From an uncultured Acidobacteriota bacterium (lineage in GTDB: Bacteria > Acidobacteriota > Terriglobia > Terriglobales > SCQP01): a stretch of 64,000 bases of DNA. The notes under the pieces are model-generated. The model had not been told where the DNA came from and made no database searches. It worked only from the letters and a program-made list of their open reading frames with translations. Positions 39,329 through 48,177 of the stretch are shown here, piece after piece (position 1 is the first letter of the stretch; every line of letters starts with the position of its first letter). The stretch lies in contig CALEJU010000025.1 in assembly GCA_937898755.1 (NCBI GenBank), forward strand, positions 16,000 through 79,999. The letters run 5' to 3'. The position numbers and the translations under genes are program-made.

Positions 39329-39538
39329 GATGCGATTTTCCTTTTGCGGGACGGCCGACCGTCTGGAACCGTCCCCAAGCGTCTCGTGCTGCTCGTGTTA
39401 GGATGGGCGGGATCCGTGTCAGCGACAGTTCTTTTTTTGCGCTTTTTTGTCTTCCATATCTTGACGAAAGTTTAGGTGTGCCGGCGATCGTCTGCAACAG
39501 TCCACCTCGACCCGAGGTCGCGCACGGACCTTATTCCA

Positions 39539-40879
39539 ATGTTCAATCTGCGAGCCGAGGTCCGTTGTGGACGCACCCCAATTGCCGCGCTGCTACTGGC
39601 GGCGACGCTGATGTTTTCATGGCTGGGCTGGTGGGCGGTGCGGACCGGGTTGAGCGATGCCGCCGCGGACGCCGGGTCCGCCGCACTGCAGAGGGTCGAT
39701 GCGGGGTCTGGCTGTGATTGGTTCCTGACCGCCGTCCACTACCGCCCGGACCTGGCCGCCAATTGGCGGCGCGCTGCCGACTGTTTTTCCTTCGATGATC
39801 CGCAGCGCGCGCTGGGCATGGTCAGAACTTCGCTCGCCCTCAATCCCCACGATTGGCGGGCTTGGGCGTTGCGGAGCCGGATCGAACTTCAGTTGGGCGA
39901 TGAGACGGCCGCCCGCCAGTCGCTGCAGAGCGGCCTCCAAATAGATCGTGGATTCCAGCCGCATTATGAGTTTGCCGGCCTGCTTCTGCTGATGGGGGAT
40001 GCCGACGGCTTTTGGCGGGAGATGAAGCGGGCGTGGACTCTGATCCCGGAAACGGAGGTTCCCAACGTCCTGCCGATCTGTTGGGCGCGGGCACAAGGCA
40101 ATGTCACCCTCGTGACCGCGCTGCTGCCGGAGAACCGCCCGAATATCGTGGCGGCCGCGATGAACTGGGAATTGCATGCGGATCAACCGGCGGCCGCGGC
40201 CGCCGCCTGGCCTCGTCTGCACTGCAACCAGCAGACCGCTGCGACCTGTCGGAATGTCGCCGTCAATCTGGCCGCCATGCTGGCCAACTCCGCCTATCAA
40301 GACGGTCAGCTCTCGCCTGGCCAGCGGCAGGGGAACGTCACCCTGGCCGTGGACGTCTGGAATGGCGCCGTATCGCAGGGCATTCTGCCCCAGCCGCGCG
40401 TCCAGTTCGGCCGCGTGATGGATGGTTCGTTTCTTCGGAATTGGGAAGACGCTGGCTTCTCCTGGCAACCATCCGCCACTGGCCTTCCAGTGCAGCGTGA
40501 TGCCGGCGAGGACGGCAACAGCCGCATCCAGGTGCAGTTTTCCGGAACACAGCCGGAACAATCCAATCTCATCGGCCAGTTTGTCCCGGTTACTCCGGGC
40601 AGCCGGTACCGGCTCATCTTCCGCGCCCGCGGCGACGCTCCTTCCATGGACTCTACCGGCGGGTTACTCCTAGTCGTCAGCAGTTCTCCCCAACAGCGAT
40701 TGTTGTCCATTCCCGCTCCCCTCCATAGCGAGTGGAGATCGGCGGAATCCGAATTTCAGGCGCCCGCCGATCGGAACCTGATTCGCCTCTCATTTCAATA
40801 TGAACGGCCCCAGGGGGCGGTTCGTTTAACAGGTAACGCGGAAATGACCGGGGTAAACCTCGAACCGGTGAGCCAGTGA
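39539..40879 (+). CDS. Membrane-anchored TPR-like protein with C-terminal beta-sandwich (CBM-like) domain
   Basis: N-terminal TM helix; helical repeats (LALNPHDWRAW); C-terminal QFVPVTPGSRYRLIFRAR..W...EFQAP. Confidence 0.6.
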   Translation: MFNLRAEVRCGRTPIAALLLAATLMFSWLGWWAVRTGLSDAAADAGSAALQRVDAGSGCDWFLTAVHYRPDLAANWRRAADCFSFDDPQRALGMVRTSLALNPHDWRAWALRSRIELQLGDETAARQSLQSGLQIDRGFQPHYEFAGLLLLMGDADGFWREMKRAWTLIPETEVPNVLPICWARAQGNVTLVTALLPENRPNIVAAAMNWELHADQPAAAAAAWPRLHCNQQTAATCRNVAVNLAAMLANSAYQDGQLSPGQRQGNVTLAVDVWNGAVSQGILPQPRVQFGRVMDGSFLRNWEDAGFSWQPSATGLPVQRDAGEDGNSRIQVQFSGTQPEQSNLIGQFVPVTPGSRYRLIFRARGDAPSMDSTGGLLLVVSSSPQQRLLSIPAPLHSEWRSAESEFQAPADRNLIRLSFQYERPQGAVRLTGNAEMTGVNLEPVSQ

Positions 40880-42246
40880 GAATCAACGCGCGTTCCGATC
40901 GATTGGCCGTGGTGGCATTGATTTGTGCCCTGGTCCCGACCGTGTTCGGTGTGCTCGCCTTCGGCGGCGTCTACAGTTGGGCGTGGGCGAGTGCGGATCT
41001 CCTGCTTTTCGCCGCAACTGTCCTCGTGCTCGCGCTGGCCTGGAAGGGCAACCTGCGGTTGCCCTTGCACCCCGTCCTCTTTCCCGCGGCTGTTTTCTGG
41101 ATGTTGGGACTGGCGCAGTGGCTCTTTCACATCTCGGTGGATCGCGGCGCGACGCTGACCCAAATCATTCAATTGGCGGGGAACGGCTGCGTCCTCCTTC
41201 TCGCTCTCCTTGCCTTTCGACGCGCAGAAAACCTGCGCCGCTTGGGCTGGGTCATCTGGAGCTTGGCGGCAGGGATTTCGGTGGAGGCGATCCTCCAGAC
41301 CTTAACCGCGCATGATCGCATCTATTGGTTTCACGATGCCTCCTATGCGACTCCGGTAGGACCGTTTGTTTATCACAACCACTTCGCCGGGTGTCTTTGC
41401 CTTTTGTTGCCGGTGACCTTTGCCATTGCCTTCCGGTCCAGCCGAACGGGAACCACCGATTGGACCACCTGGTTGCGACGTGCCTTGGTGCCCTGCCTGA
41501 CGGGCGTCGCCCTCATGTTGTCCCTCTCCCGCGGGGGGATGCTTTGCGTGGCCTTCGAGGGTCTTTTGGCCATGGCTTGGTTCGTCCGCCGCCCAGCCAC
41601 TTTGCTGCGCCCCATTCTCCTGTTTGTCTTGCTGGCCGGCAGTTTTGCGGCACTTACCAACTGGCATGCCATGCGCGACCGCTTCCAACTCCTGGAGCAC
41701 AAAGACGCCAGTGTTGAGGATCGTTTGCGCGTGTCTGCCACGTGTCTGCAGATCTTTCGGCACTATCCCTTGTTTGGCGCCGGCATGGGGACTTTTCCCT
41801 CTGTCTATCCCGCCTACGAGACCTTTGACCTTGGTCTGCAGTTCGAACAAGCACACGATGAATTCGCCCAGACGCTCGCCGAGACTGGAATACTGGGGAT
41901 GCTGATGGTTTTTGCGGTCCTGTGGATGTGGTACGGCGCAGGTCGGCGCCTGCGCCATACCGCGGAGGGTCACCTTTCCACTGCGGTTCAATCTGCCGCC
42001 TGGATTTCGGTGGCAGGGCTGGTGTTGTACAGTAGCTGGGACTTTCAGTTCCACAGTCCTGGAAATGGGCTCCTTTTTTTTGTCCTCCTGGGAGCCGCGC
42101 TTTCACCGGTTCCGTCGGCATCCCGCACTGCGGCCACGTCCCCGTCCAGCCACAGCCGGCGGCAAGAAATTGAGCATGGCCGAATGGCATTGCTCCCGTC
42201 ACTCCCGGCCAGCGCCCCAAGGGAGCAGACGTCCAAACTGAGTTAA
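40876..42246 (+). CDS. O-antigen ligase / Wzy_C family membrane protein
   Basis: YHNHFAG, LSLSRGG, P.FGAGMGTF, QAHDEFAQTLAETGILG, WDFQFH. Confidence 0.85.
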   Translation: MRINARSDRLAVVALICALVPTVFGVLAFGGVYSWAWASADLLLFAATVLVLALAWKGNLRLPLHPVLFPAAVFWMLGLAQWLFHISVDRGATLTQIIQLAGNGCVLLLALLAFRRAENLRRLGWVIWSLAAGISVEAILQTLTAHDRIYWFHDASYATPVGPFVYHNHFAGCLCLLLPVTFAIAFRSSRTGTTDWTTWLRRALVPCLTGVALMLSLSRGGMLCVAFEGLLAMAWFVRRPATLLRPILLFVLLAGSFAALTNWHAMRDRFQLLEHKDASVEDRLRVSATCLQIFRHYPLFGAGMGTFPSVYPAYETFDLGLQFEQAHDEFAQTLAETGILGMLMVFAVLWMWYGAGRRLRHTAEGHLSTAVQSAAWISVAGLVLYSSWDFQFHSPGNGLLFFVLLGAALSPVPSASRTAATSPSSHSRRQEIEHGRMALLPSLPASAPREQTSKLS

Positions 42247-42407
42247 GCGGCTGGCCCTCGAAAATCAATTAAAGGGTCAGCACATTTTCTCCAACCTTCC
42301 GCCAAGTGGAAATAAACTCAGCTGATTCTGCTGAAATGCCCGGCATTCACCCGGGCCACTGTGGTCAAAGGGACAAACAGGACCGAACACGGGCAAGAGG
42401 TTGACGG

Positions 42408-43655
42408 CTATGCCTGAAGAACTTTGCGGTAGCATTGTTCCAGTTGGTCTACGTGGGCTGCGGGCGTCGGCGGCGAGCTCCAGAATCGCTCGTACGCGGC
42501 GCGGCCCAAGCGAGAGGCCAACTCCGGGTCTTGGAATTGCCTGATTTTGCGGACGAGATCCTCGACGTCTCCGCTGCGAAAGCAGAGCCCAGTCTCACCT
42601 TGCACCACACTATCGCGGACAGCAGACGCATCTGGCACGATGGCGGGTACGCCGCAAGCAGCCGCCTCAAGGACGACCAATCCAAAGGTTTCATACCACA
42701 GCGAGGGAAAGACGAGTGCGCGCGATCCCTCCAGGCGGCGAACCAGTTTCTCGTGCGGCAGCCATCCTGTAACCCCATGTTCGGGGTACCGCGTAGTGAT
42801 TTCCTGCCTTAGATACCCATCGCCCACGAATTCCAGTTCCACTCCGGCGCGCCTTGCCGCTTCGGCTGCGAGAAAAGGTCCTTTTTCCCGGGTCAACCGG
42901 CCGACGACTACATAACGCGTATTACGGCCGACATCCGCACACGATACACGCTCCGACTCAATCGGGTTCGAGATGCGATAAATCGACGCATTGTCTGGTA
43001 AATACGGGGCAATAATATTATAAGAGAAATCGGAAATGGCGATAAAATGACGAACCCCATTGGGCAGTTGGCCCTGATGACTCTGAACATAGTGGCGAGT
43101 GGTCCGCCATAACTTCTGCGCCCTCCCCCGAGGATCGCAGTTCGACAACAGGCACGCGGTCGAAAGCGGACTTAGAGTGCAGCTCCGCTCGGCAACGTAG
43201 TTAAAGAAGCCTCCGTTCGGACAGGCGAGGAAATAATCATGCAAGGTGGCCAGCAGGCCCGCTCCATGCCGAAGGATTTCCGGCACAATACTGGAGGATA
43301 AGGCCTTGGTCCAACCATGCAGGTGCACGACGGTTCGCCGCGGGTCCAGAGGACGCAGCAAGTCGGCCATTGCCGCCGCCGCTGGTCGATTCCAGATGCC
43401 CTGGTAAGCCGCCTGGAGACGATTGGGATTGAGCAGGATGTCAGGCTGTCCGGTGCACACAACGCGAACTCCGTCCGCCTCCAGCGTGGGCTCGACGGGC
43501 GGAACAGCGCAGAAAAGTCGGACATCATGACCACGGCGAGCGAGTTCGCGCGCACTGGCAAAGGCAACCTGACCGGCCCCGCCGTTGACATGACCATAGT
43601 CGTTGACCACAACAATCGTGAGGCGGTCACTGGGCAGGATCTTCGGAGAGGCCAT
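42408..43655 (-). CDS. GT4 glycosyltransferase
   Basis: NGGAGQV, HLHGW, LHDY, VGRLTREKG, FPSLWYETFGLVVLEAAACGVP; start placed at ATG 43655. Confidence 0.92.
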   Translation of the reverse strand: MASPKILPSDRLTIVVVNDYGHVNGGAGQVAFASARELARRGHDVRLFCAVPPVEPTLEADGVRVVCTGQPDILLNPNRLQAAYQGIWNRPAAAAMADLLRPLDPRRTVVHLHGWTKALSSSIVPEILRHGAGLLATLHDYFLACPNGGFFNYVAERSCTLSPLSTACLLSNCDPRGRAQKLWRTTRHYVQSHQGQLPNGVRHFIAISDFSYNIIAPYLPDNASIYRISNPIESERVSCADVGRNTRYVVVGRLTREKGPFLAAEAARRAGVELEFVGDGYLRQEITTRYPEHGVTGWLPHEKLVRRLEGSRALVFPSLWYETFGLVVLEAAACGVPAIVPDASAVRDSVVQGETGLCFRSGDVEDLVRKIRQFQDPELASRLGRAAYERFWSSPPTPAAHVDQLEQCYRKVLQA

Positions 43656-44217
43656 AAGTAGTTTCCTGCGGGGCAGACGGCAGCGGTTTGATGACCAGTT
43701 CGGACTTTCCGTAAACCAAGCTGTTGGCGGGAATATCCTTCGTGACAATCGTATGGGCGCCGACCACCGCGTTATCGCCTATTGTGACACCGGCGCCAAC
43801 AAACACCTTTGTTCCGAGCCAGACATTACGACCGATACGCACAGGTTTGCTGCGGAAGCCCTGGAGGCGGAGCGGGGCGCCGGGATTGCCGAAAGTATGG
43901 TTGTGATCGTAGATGGTGACATATTCACCAATAAGAGTTTCCTCGCCGATCTCAATGCCTGCACGGGTGACCACAGAACAACCCCTGTTCATGAACACGC
44001 GGCTTCCGATCTTGAGGGTGGCTCCGTTGCGAGCATCCAGGACGGAGCCACGGCGCACATAGACACGGCTGCCGAAGTCCATGGACGAATTGCCATCGAG
44101 AATCAGTTCAACATCCCGTTCAAGGGACAGCGAGAATGATTGCAGCCGCAAGCGACCTGCATGTCTCAGCTTAAGACCAACGAGCCGCAGCCCGAACCAA
44201 ACATATTTCCATTTCAT
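43627..44217 (-). CDS. Hexapeptide-repeat sugar O-acyltransferase
   Basis: IGSRVFMN, IGEYVTIYDHNH, IGRNVWLG, IGDNAVVGA..VTKDIP. Confidence 0.9.
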   Translation of the reverse strand: MKWKYVWFGLRLVGLKLRHAGRLRLQSFSLSLERDVELILDGNSSMDFGSRVYVRRGSVLDARNGATLKIGSRVFMNRGCSVVTRAGIEIGEETLIGEYVTIYDHNHTFGNPGAPLRLQGFRSKPVRIGRNVWLGTKVFVGAGVTIGDNAVVGAHTIVTKDIPANSLVYGKSELVIKPLPSAPQETTYGLSEDPAQ

Positions 44218-44327
44218 AAAATAACTTTTGGCCAGCGCTATACGACTTTACCCGGAGCGGGTCCGCCGTCGCCACGCACTCGCGCTCCTAAGAGAAACAG
44301 GCGGACAGACGGCTGCGCCGCTGGATT

Positions 44328-44457
44328 GACCTGTCCCGCGCTTCCGTTCAGGTGAGACTACAACAGACTACCTCCGGTCCGCCCCCTTTTGTAGCGGGGA
44401 TGGAGGGGTGGAGCAAGGAGCCGGGATTTGAGGCCTCTTGCCTCACATCTGGGCTGT
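44328..44457 (-). repeat. Non-coding structured element, copy B (inverted relative to copy A)
   Basis: Reverse complement aligns to 2172-2300; abuts IS630 coding sequence at ~44457. Confidence 0.8.
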
Positions 44458-44700
44458 GGCGCCATCGGTTCATAGCTGAGGGCTTGGATGGGTTGGTGGA
44501 TGAGCCGCGCCCCGGAGCGCCCCGCAAGATCGGCGACGCTGTGATTGAACGGGTGGTGCGGCTGGCGTTGGAGACGGAACCGAAAGCTGCGACCCCTTGG
44601 AGTACACGGAAGATAGCCGCCAAAATGAGCTTAAGCCAATCGACCATCAGCCGCATTTGGCGTGCCTTCGGACTGCAGCCACAGCGGCGATCCCGCCTCT
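44458..44700 (+). mobile_element. IS630 transposase internal fragment
   Basis: WRHRFIAEGL..DEPRPGAPRKIGD..RIWRAFGLQPQR, homologous to 23605-23835; both ends missing. Confidence 0.88.
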
Positions 44701-44914
44701 AATCAGATGTGTCGATGTGTGCTGGCGTCGCGTTGCCTCTTGGCTCGACGTGCGGTTTTGTATCAGCTCCACTGCGTCCTTCCGGTCCACCACCGCCAGC
44801 TTACCGATGCCCTGTCCCACTTTCCCAAACTTGACGATTTGACCGCGGCGCGGGCTGCCGGTACACTGCAAAGACTTCCGATTGTGCTGGGCCCTCCTGT
44901 GTTCTTTCAAAAAT

Positions 44915-44991
44915 GGCGGCGTAGCTCAGATGGTTAGAGCGAGGGTCTCATAATCCCTAGGCCAGTGGTTCGAGTCCACTCGCCGCCACCA
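44915..44991 (+). tRNA. tRNA-Met (CAT), elongator type
   Basis: Acceptor GGCGGCG/CGCCGCC, anticodon loop CTCATAA, TTCGAGT T-loop, encoded CCA; G1-C72 excludes initiator; Ile2 less likely but not excluded. Confidence 0.93.
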
Positions 44992-45072
44992 GAACTGACG
45001 ACCCACCGTGACGCCGCACGCACGGTGGGAGATTGGGACAGCTAGGCCTGATCGGGTTGTCGCGCGCGCAGG

Positions 45073-46479
45073 GTGATGAAGGTAAACTCCGCTATGAAAA
45101 TCTGCGTGATTGGTACCGGGTATGTCGGTTTGACGACCGGCCCCTGCTTGGCCGCCCTGGGACATGAAGTAGTTTGCACCGATCGAGACCTGGCCAAAAT
45201 CGAGCTCCTGCAGTCGGGTGGAATGCCGATTTTCGAGGACCGCCTGGCGGAGGTGGTGGAGGCGGGGCGGCACGGCGGACGGTTGCGCTTCACCGCTGAC
45301 GTCGCCGGTGCGGTGCGCGACGCGCAGGCCATCTTCGTGTGCGTGGGGACGCCGCCCGGAGCGGATGGGAAGGCCAACCTGGCCGCCATCGAAAAGGTCA
45401 CACGCCTCATTGCCGAAACCGCGACGGGTTACAAGCTCATCATCGGCAAGAGCACAGTGCCGGTGCACACCGCCGATCGCATGCAAAAAACTCTGACTGC
45501 GTTTCGACGCAGCCAGTTTGAGTTCGACCTGGTCTCGAACCCGGAATTCCTGCGCGAAGGCACCGGCGTGCTGGATTTCTTTCATCCCGACCGCATTGTG
45601 GTGGGCGTGGCGACGGAACGCGCCGCGGGGTTGATGCGCGAGATTTACGGGCCGGTGCTGGACGGCAGCTTTCAGTGCGCCTGGCACAACCAGCCCGCCT
45701 CCGAGTGTGGCTGGCGGCCGCCCTACTGGCTGGTGACCGACGTCAGCAGTGCGGAGCTCATCAAGCATGCTGCAAACTCCTTCCTCTCGCTGAAGATCTC
45801 CTACGCCAACGCCATCGCCGACCTCTGCGAGTTGACCGGTGCGCATGCGGACCAAGTGCTGTTGGGGCTGGGGTTGGATCAGCGGATTGGGCGCCAGTTC
45901 CTGCGCCCGGGCATCGGCTTCGGCGGCTTCTGTTTTCCCAAGGATCTCGCTGCATTTGTTGAGATGGCGGGGGACTTGGGTTACGACTTCCGTTTGTTGC
46001 GTGAAGTGCAGCGCATTAATGCCAGCCGGGTAGAGCGCTTCCTGGCGCGGTTGCGCGAAGAACTGTGGGTGGTGCAGGGCAAGACGTTGGGGGTTCTGGG
46101 CTTGGCTTTCAAGCCCGGCACCGACGATACCCGCCTCTCCCCCGCCTACGCCGTGATCCGCGAGTTGCTTCAGTTGGGCGCCAGCATCCGTGCGCATGAT
46201 CCGCGGGCCATGGAGCGCGCGCGGGGTGAGCTGGACGGCGCCATCACCTTTTGTGAGCGGGCAGAGGATGTGGCCCTGGGCGCGGAGGCGGTGCTGATTC
46301 TCACGGAGTGGCCGGAATTCCGGGATCTGGATTGGGCGGCGATGGCCGGCCAGATGACCCGGCGCCTGGTGTTCGACGGACGAAACCTGATCGAGCCCGG
46401 TTTTCTGGAACGGCTGGGGTTTGAGTACCACAGCATCGGCCGACCGCGTCCTACGGCGGAGCCCAGCGCCGCCCGGTGA
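45073..46479 (+). CDS. ugd: UDP-glucose 6-dehydrogenase
   Basis: IGTGYVG, CVGTP, KSTVP, SNPEFLREG, ELIKHAANSFL, GFGGFCFPKD, LAFKPGTDD; start may be 45094. Confidence 0.95.
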   Translation: MMKVNSAMKICVIGTGYVGLTTGPCLAALGHEVVCTDRDLAKIELLQSGGMPIFEDRLAEVVEAGRHGGRLRFTADVAGAVRDAQAIFVCVGTPPGADGKANLAAIEKVTRLIAETATGYKLIIGKSTVPVHTADRMQKTLTAFRRSQFEFDLVSNPEFLREGTGVLDFFHPDRIVVGVATERAAGLMREIYGPVLDGSFQCAWHNQPASECGWRPPYWLVTDVSSAELIKHAANSFLSLKISYANAIADLCELTGAHADQVLLGLGLDQRIGRQFLRPGIGFGGFCFPKDLAAFVEMAGDLGYDFRLLREVQRINASRVERFLARLREELWVVQGKTLGVLGLAFKPGTDDTRLSPAYAVIRELLQLGASIRAHDPRAMERARGELDGAITFCERAEDVALGAEAVLILTEWPEFRDLDWAAMAGQMTRRLVFDGRNLIEPGFLERLGFEYHSIGRPRPTAEPSAAR

Positions 46480-47534
46480 TTAAGCCGGCAACGGATTACA
46501 ATCGCAGAACCATGCGATGGCTCGTCACCGGCGGCGCGGGATTTATCGGCGCCCATTTTCTTCAACTTCTTACCCGCGAGCGTCCCGACGTGGCGCTCGT
46601 CAACGTGGACGCCTTGACGTACGCGGCGCCGCCGTCCCGCCTGGCCGCGCTGGAACAAGGACCAACCTGCCGATTCGTGCGCGGCGACATCTGCGATGCC
46701 GGGCATATGCGCGAGCTGCTGCGCGGCGTCCATTCCGTCATTCATTTCGCCGCCGAGAGTCATGTGGATCGCAGCGTGCTTGGCGCCGAACCCTTCGTGC
46801 GCAGTAACGTGCTGGGCACCCAGGTCCTGTTGGAGGCGGCGCGGGCCGCGGGAGTGGCGCGTTTTGTGCTGGTCAGCACCGATGAGGTGTACGGCTCTCT
46901 GCCCCCCGGCAGACGCTCGCTCGAGACCGACGCGCTGGCGCCCAACTCCCCCTACGCGGCGTCCAAGGCAGCCGCCGAACTGCTGGTGCGGGCTGCCGTC
47001 CAGACGTTTGGCTTTCCGGCCCTTGTGACGCGCGGCTCCAACACCTACGGCCCGCGGCAGCACCCGGAAAAACTGATTCCGCTGACCATCAGGGCGGCGC
47101 TCAGCCATGAACCCATCCCGCTCTACGGCAACGGACAGCAGGTACGAAACTGGCTCGCGGTCGAGGACCATTGCCGCGGCATCCTGGCCGTCCTGGAACT
47201 GGGGAGACCCGGCGAGACCTACAATCTGGGCAGCGCCGCCGAACTCACCAACGAGGAACTGGTACGCCTGATTCTGGAACAGCTCGGCAAGCCGGAGACG
47301 CTCATTCGCTACGTGGCGGACCGCCCAGGACACGACCTGCGTTATGCCCTGGATTCGAGCAAGGCGCAAGCGGACCTTGGCTGGCAGCCACTGACCTTGT
47401 TGGCTGAGGGGTTGGAGCACACCATAGACTGGTACCGCGACAATGCCGCGTGGCTGCAACAGGTAGGCACGGGGGAGTTCGCACGGTACTATCAGCAGCA
47501 GTACGAGGGCCGTTTGGCGGGCCCGCAATCGTGA
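46476..47534 (+). CDS. rmlB: dTDP-glucose 4,6-dehydratase
   Basis: TGGAGFIG, HFAAESHVDRS, STDEVYG, PYAASKA, NTYGPRQHPEKLIP, DRPGHDLRYA. Confidence 0.95.
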   Translation: MIKPATDYNRRTMRWLVTGGAGFIGAHFLQLLTRERPDVALVNVDALTYAAPPSRLAALEQGPTCRFVRGDICDAGHMRELLRGVHSVIHFAAESHVDRSVLGAEPFVRSNVLGTQVLLEAARAAGVARFVLVSTDEVYGSLPPGRRSLETDALAPNSPYAASKAAAELLVRAAVQTFGFPALVTRGSNTYGPRQHPEKLIPLTIRAALSHEPIPLYGNGQQVRNWLAVEDHCRGILAVLELGRPGETYNLGSAAELTNEELVRLILEQLGKPETLIRYVADRPGHDLRYALDSSKAQADLGWQPLTLLAEGLEHTIDWYRDNAAWLQQVGTGEFARYYQQQYEGRLAGPQS

Positions 47535-48106
47535 CGCCCACCATTCCTCCATCGAAGTCCGCACCAGTGCACCTGACGCTGCCCCCACCGGCTCGTGTCC
47601 GGCGCGATGTGGGCGCGGTAATCACCCTCCCGGATGCGCCGCAGTTGCTTCCCGGTGTGGAGCTCGAAACGGCGAGGTTCTGGCCGGATGATCGGGGATG
47701 TTTCAGCGAGCTCTTCCGCTTCGGACAGCCCGGCTTGGCACGTGACTTCCGCGACAGTGTGCAAGTCGCGACGGCGCTGTCTTACCCCGGCACGATCAAG
47801 GCCGTGCATTATCACCAGTGTCAGACCGATCTCTGGGCCGTGGTGCGCGGCGAACTGCAGGTCATGCTCGTGGACTTGCGCACCGCCTCTCCCATGCTGG
47901 GTCAGGTGAATACGTTGTTTGTGGGAACATGGCGTCCCTGGCGACTGCGGATTCCCCCTGGGGTGGGACATGGGTACAAGGTTCTGGGCAGTGAACCGGT
48001 GCTGCTGGTCTACGCCACCGACCGCTTCCATGATCCTGGCGATGAGGGGCGGCTGCCCTTCGACTGTCCTGAGTTGAACTACGATTGGGGCGATCGTCCG
48101 CGCTAG
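47531..48106 (+). CDS. rmlC: dTDP-4-dehydrorhamnose 3,5-epimerase family
   Basis: DDRGCFSE, KAVHYH, VDLRTASP, IPPGVGHGY; GTG start overlapping the rmlB stop. Confidence 0.82.
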   Translation: MTPTIPPSKSAPVHLTLPPPARVRRDVGAVITLPDAPQLLPGVELETARFWPDDRGCFSELFRFGQPGLARDFRDSVQVATALSYPGTIKAVHYHQCQTDLWAVVRGELQVMLVDLRTASPMLGQVNTLFVGTWRPWRLRIPPGVGHGYKVLGSEPVLLVYATDRFHDPGDEGRLPFDCPELNYDWGDRPR

Positions 48107-48177
48107 AACAATGTCTTGCAGAGGCCAGCGCAAGGCTCCGACAACGATCATTGGAAGGCTCGACAAAGAAGATCTGC

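Noticed and set aside
44700-44914. ORF fragments between the IS630 remnant and tRNA-Met
   Set aside because: No family recognised on either strand.
44970-44991. att-site duplication of the tRNA-Met or tRNA-Pro 3' ends
   Set aside because: No second copy noticed and no integrase in the window; a by-eye search could miss short matches.
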